From: an archaeon
GTDB lineage: Archaea > Iainarchaeota > Iainarchaeia > Iainarchaeales > CSSED10-239
Assembly: GCA_037147375.1 (NCBI GenBank)
Contig: JBAWVI010000064.1
Location: 1-5,393 of the forward strand
Direction: 5' to 3'
DNA length: 5,393 nucleotides
The position numbers were made by a program, and so were the translations under genes. The first letter of the stretch is position 1. Each line of letters starts with the position of its first letter. This document shows, one piece after another, positions 4,020-5,393 of this stretch. A model generated the notes under the pieces. It worked only from the letters and a program-made list of their open reading frames with translations, did no database searches and had not been told where the DNA came from.

Positions 4020-5393
4020 TTATGGACTTATACATCCTGGTTGAACTGAATTGTTTGGATCTCCATAACTATTACACTTCCAAAGATTTGTAACTCCATT
4101 TGGTGACATATTTCCAGGAGGATAAGGTTCAATATAACCTGTTGAATTAGCAAGATTAGAATTTAATGATGCTTCACTAGGCAATGTAAATTCAGTATAA
4201 GCATCAACTATTTTAATGTATGTTTTTGGTTCAGTATTTGAAATTGAATATTTTGGATTTGTTTCCTTAAAAACTAAACTCAATTGTATTCCTTCTGAAC
4301 TTAATTCAAAACACTTAAGATTTAGATTATCTGGATTTTCATTAAAATATAATTGATTATAGAGTGGATCAGAAATTATTTCATTTGGATAAACTGATCT
4401 TCCTGCTACTGAATCATAAAATATTCCAAGTCCACCAGCACTTTCTCTAGTGGAGTTTGGATCTGCAGGTTCAAAAACCTTAGATGGAAAATAGTAATTA
4501 ATAGCTGGAGCTGGATCTCCATATTTATTTACGTCTTTTGTAATTCTTCCAAGTCCAAAGTACACATCAATTAAATCAATTGTAACTGGTTTTAATGGAT
4601 TTATTCCTGTGTAACCTGCTGCATTTAGCCCATCTGTTGTCATCTCAAGAGATTTTGTAAAAGTTATGTTTTCTGAATTTTCTCTATCATTTAAATTTTG
4701 TTTAATTGTTTCTTTAACAAGAGAATCAAAGAGAGATTCATATCCTGATGGAAGATCACCAATTTTATAAGAAATTGCAGGAGCAATTATTACTGAATTA
4801 CCAGCTGTGACCTGATCTGCAGGACCAGTAACTTGAAAAGGAATATTACATTGTTGTGCAAAACCATTTGAAGATGATGTTGCAAAGAAACTTGTTCTTG
4901 GACCACAAGTTCCTGGATCACACACACCAAGCCTTGCTTGTTCAAGAGTGTTGTGAAGTAAAGGATTGAATAATCCTGAATCACTGCTTGATGGAAAATC
5001 AGCAGGATTAAAGGATATTTCTCTATCAGGAGAATATGCAATTCTTCTTGCAACACGCATAGCTTGAAATCCTCTCCAAGGCATATAAATCTTATAATAT
5101 TGACGAGCAAGAACTGGCCGCTGCATAACCTCATTATTTCTTTCTCTCTTAACAGTTATGGTTGGTAACTTTTCATACTCTTCATCAGATAATGGAATAG
5201 TATTAAATGTTAAATAAAAGGAACCATTACAATTTTCTATATTACTTTGATTACAATCAACAACATCAATTTTATTTCCTGCTTCTTTAAACATTGATTC
5301 AACAACAGTTGCAAGTGCATTCTCATCAGAATTATTCCCACTACCACTTACTTCAATTTTATAACCAATCACTTCTGGAGTATAAGTTAATTT
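4020..5393 (-). CDS. Hypothetical cysteine-paired, probably secreted/extracellular protein. The 5' end is open to the window edge (C-terminal 457 codons plus stop).
   Basis: The track ORF 4020..5372 (450 aa) stays open for 7 more codons (KLTYTPE) up to position 5393. The stop TAA is tta at 4020..4022. No Shine-Dalgarno-like sequence precedes GTG 5372 or the first internal ATG. Codon usage is like gene A. The product has 8 Cys, is Pro/Gly/Asn/Ser-rich, and has no hydrophobic C-terminal anchor (it ends ...NSYGDPNNSVQPGCISP). Confidence 0.8.
   Translation of the reverse strand, partial: KLTYTPEVIGYKIEVSGSGNNSDENALATVVESMFKEAGNKIDVVDCNQSNIENCNGSFYLTFNTIPLSDEEYEKLPTITVKRERNNEVMQRPVLARQYYKIYMPWRGFQAMRVARRIAYSPDREISFNPADFPSSSDSGLFNPLLHNTLEQARLGVCDPGTCGPRTSFFATSSSNGFAQQCNIPFQVTGPADQVTAGNSVIIAPAISYKIGDLPSGYESLFDSLVKETIKQNLNDRENSENITFTKSLEMTTDGLNAAGYTGINPLKPVTIDLIDVYFGLGRITKDVNKYGDPAPAINYYFPSKVFEPADPNSTRESAGGLGIFYDSVAGRSVYPNEIISDPLYNQLYFNENPDNLNLKCFELSSEGIQLSLVFKETNPKYSISNTEPKTYIKIVDAYTEFTLPSEASLNSNLANSTGYIEPYPPGNMSPNGVTNLWKCNSYGDPNNSVQPGCISP

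Noticed and set aside
4790-5134. 114-aa minus-strand ORF from the track
   Set aside because: It is nested out of frame inside gene B, and its translation is Leu/Ile/Gln/Val-rich low complexity. The 450-aa frame has far better coding character.
5370-5372. GTG given by the track as the start codon of gene B
   Set aside because: The frame stays open for all 7 remaining codons to the window edge (KLTYTPE). No SD-like purine tract precedes the GTG. It is more likely an internal Val codon of a longer gene.
1-5393. Stop-codon reassignment (for example TGA=Trp or Gly, or TAG/TAA recoding) as the explanation for the missing long ORF at 1..3820
   Set aside because: It is not needed. The frame is open under the standard code, Trp is encoded by TGG (for example RLWDM, AKWFN, REWTT), gene B ends in TAA, and a TGA closes the frame just upstream of the gene A ATG. 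The omission from the track is an edge effect.
1-5393. tRNA/rRNA/ncRNA genes, transposase or IS ends, integrase, toxin-antitoxin or known defence genes
   Set aside because: The only non-coding stretch is the 199-bp spacer. It is too AT-rich and unstructured to hold a tRNA-like cloverleaf, and neither translated protein shows catalytic or DNA-binding motifs that I recognise.

Overview
AT-rich window (about 30% G+C judged by eye, not computed), almost entirely coding on the minus strand. It holds two co-directional genes, and both run off the window. Gene A (3820..1) is a 1273-codon open frame with ATG at 3820 and no stop before the left edge. It is absent from the supplied ORF track, but I verified it codon by codon. 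It encodes an N-terminally membrane-anchored giant surface protein. The protein is built from repeated carboxypeptidase-regulatory-like/PEGA-like beta-sandwich modules plus several hundred residues I cannot assign to a family. Gene B (5393..4020) is the C-terminal 457 codons (stop TAA at 4022..4020) of a cysteine-paired, probably extracellular protein with no family I recognise. The GTG start given in the track is probably not its real start, because the frame stays open to the right edge. The genes are separated by a 199-bp, extremely AT-rich spacer (3821..4019). The spacer carries TATA-like elements, a (TA)6 run, a perfect 10-bp tandem duplication and two palindromic elements. All + strand ORFs in the track are antisense shadows of gene A. 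I recognise no rRNA/tRNA, CRISPR array, transposase, or known defence or metabolic gene. Best reading: a fragment of a surface-protein (adhesin or S-layer-like) locus from an AT-rich, possibly archaeal (DPANN-like or methanogen-like) uncultivated genome. The taxonomic call is inference only.
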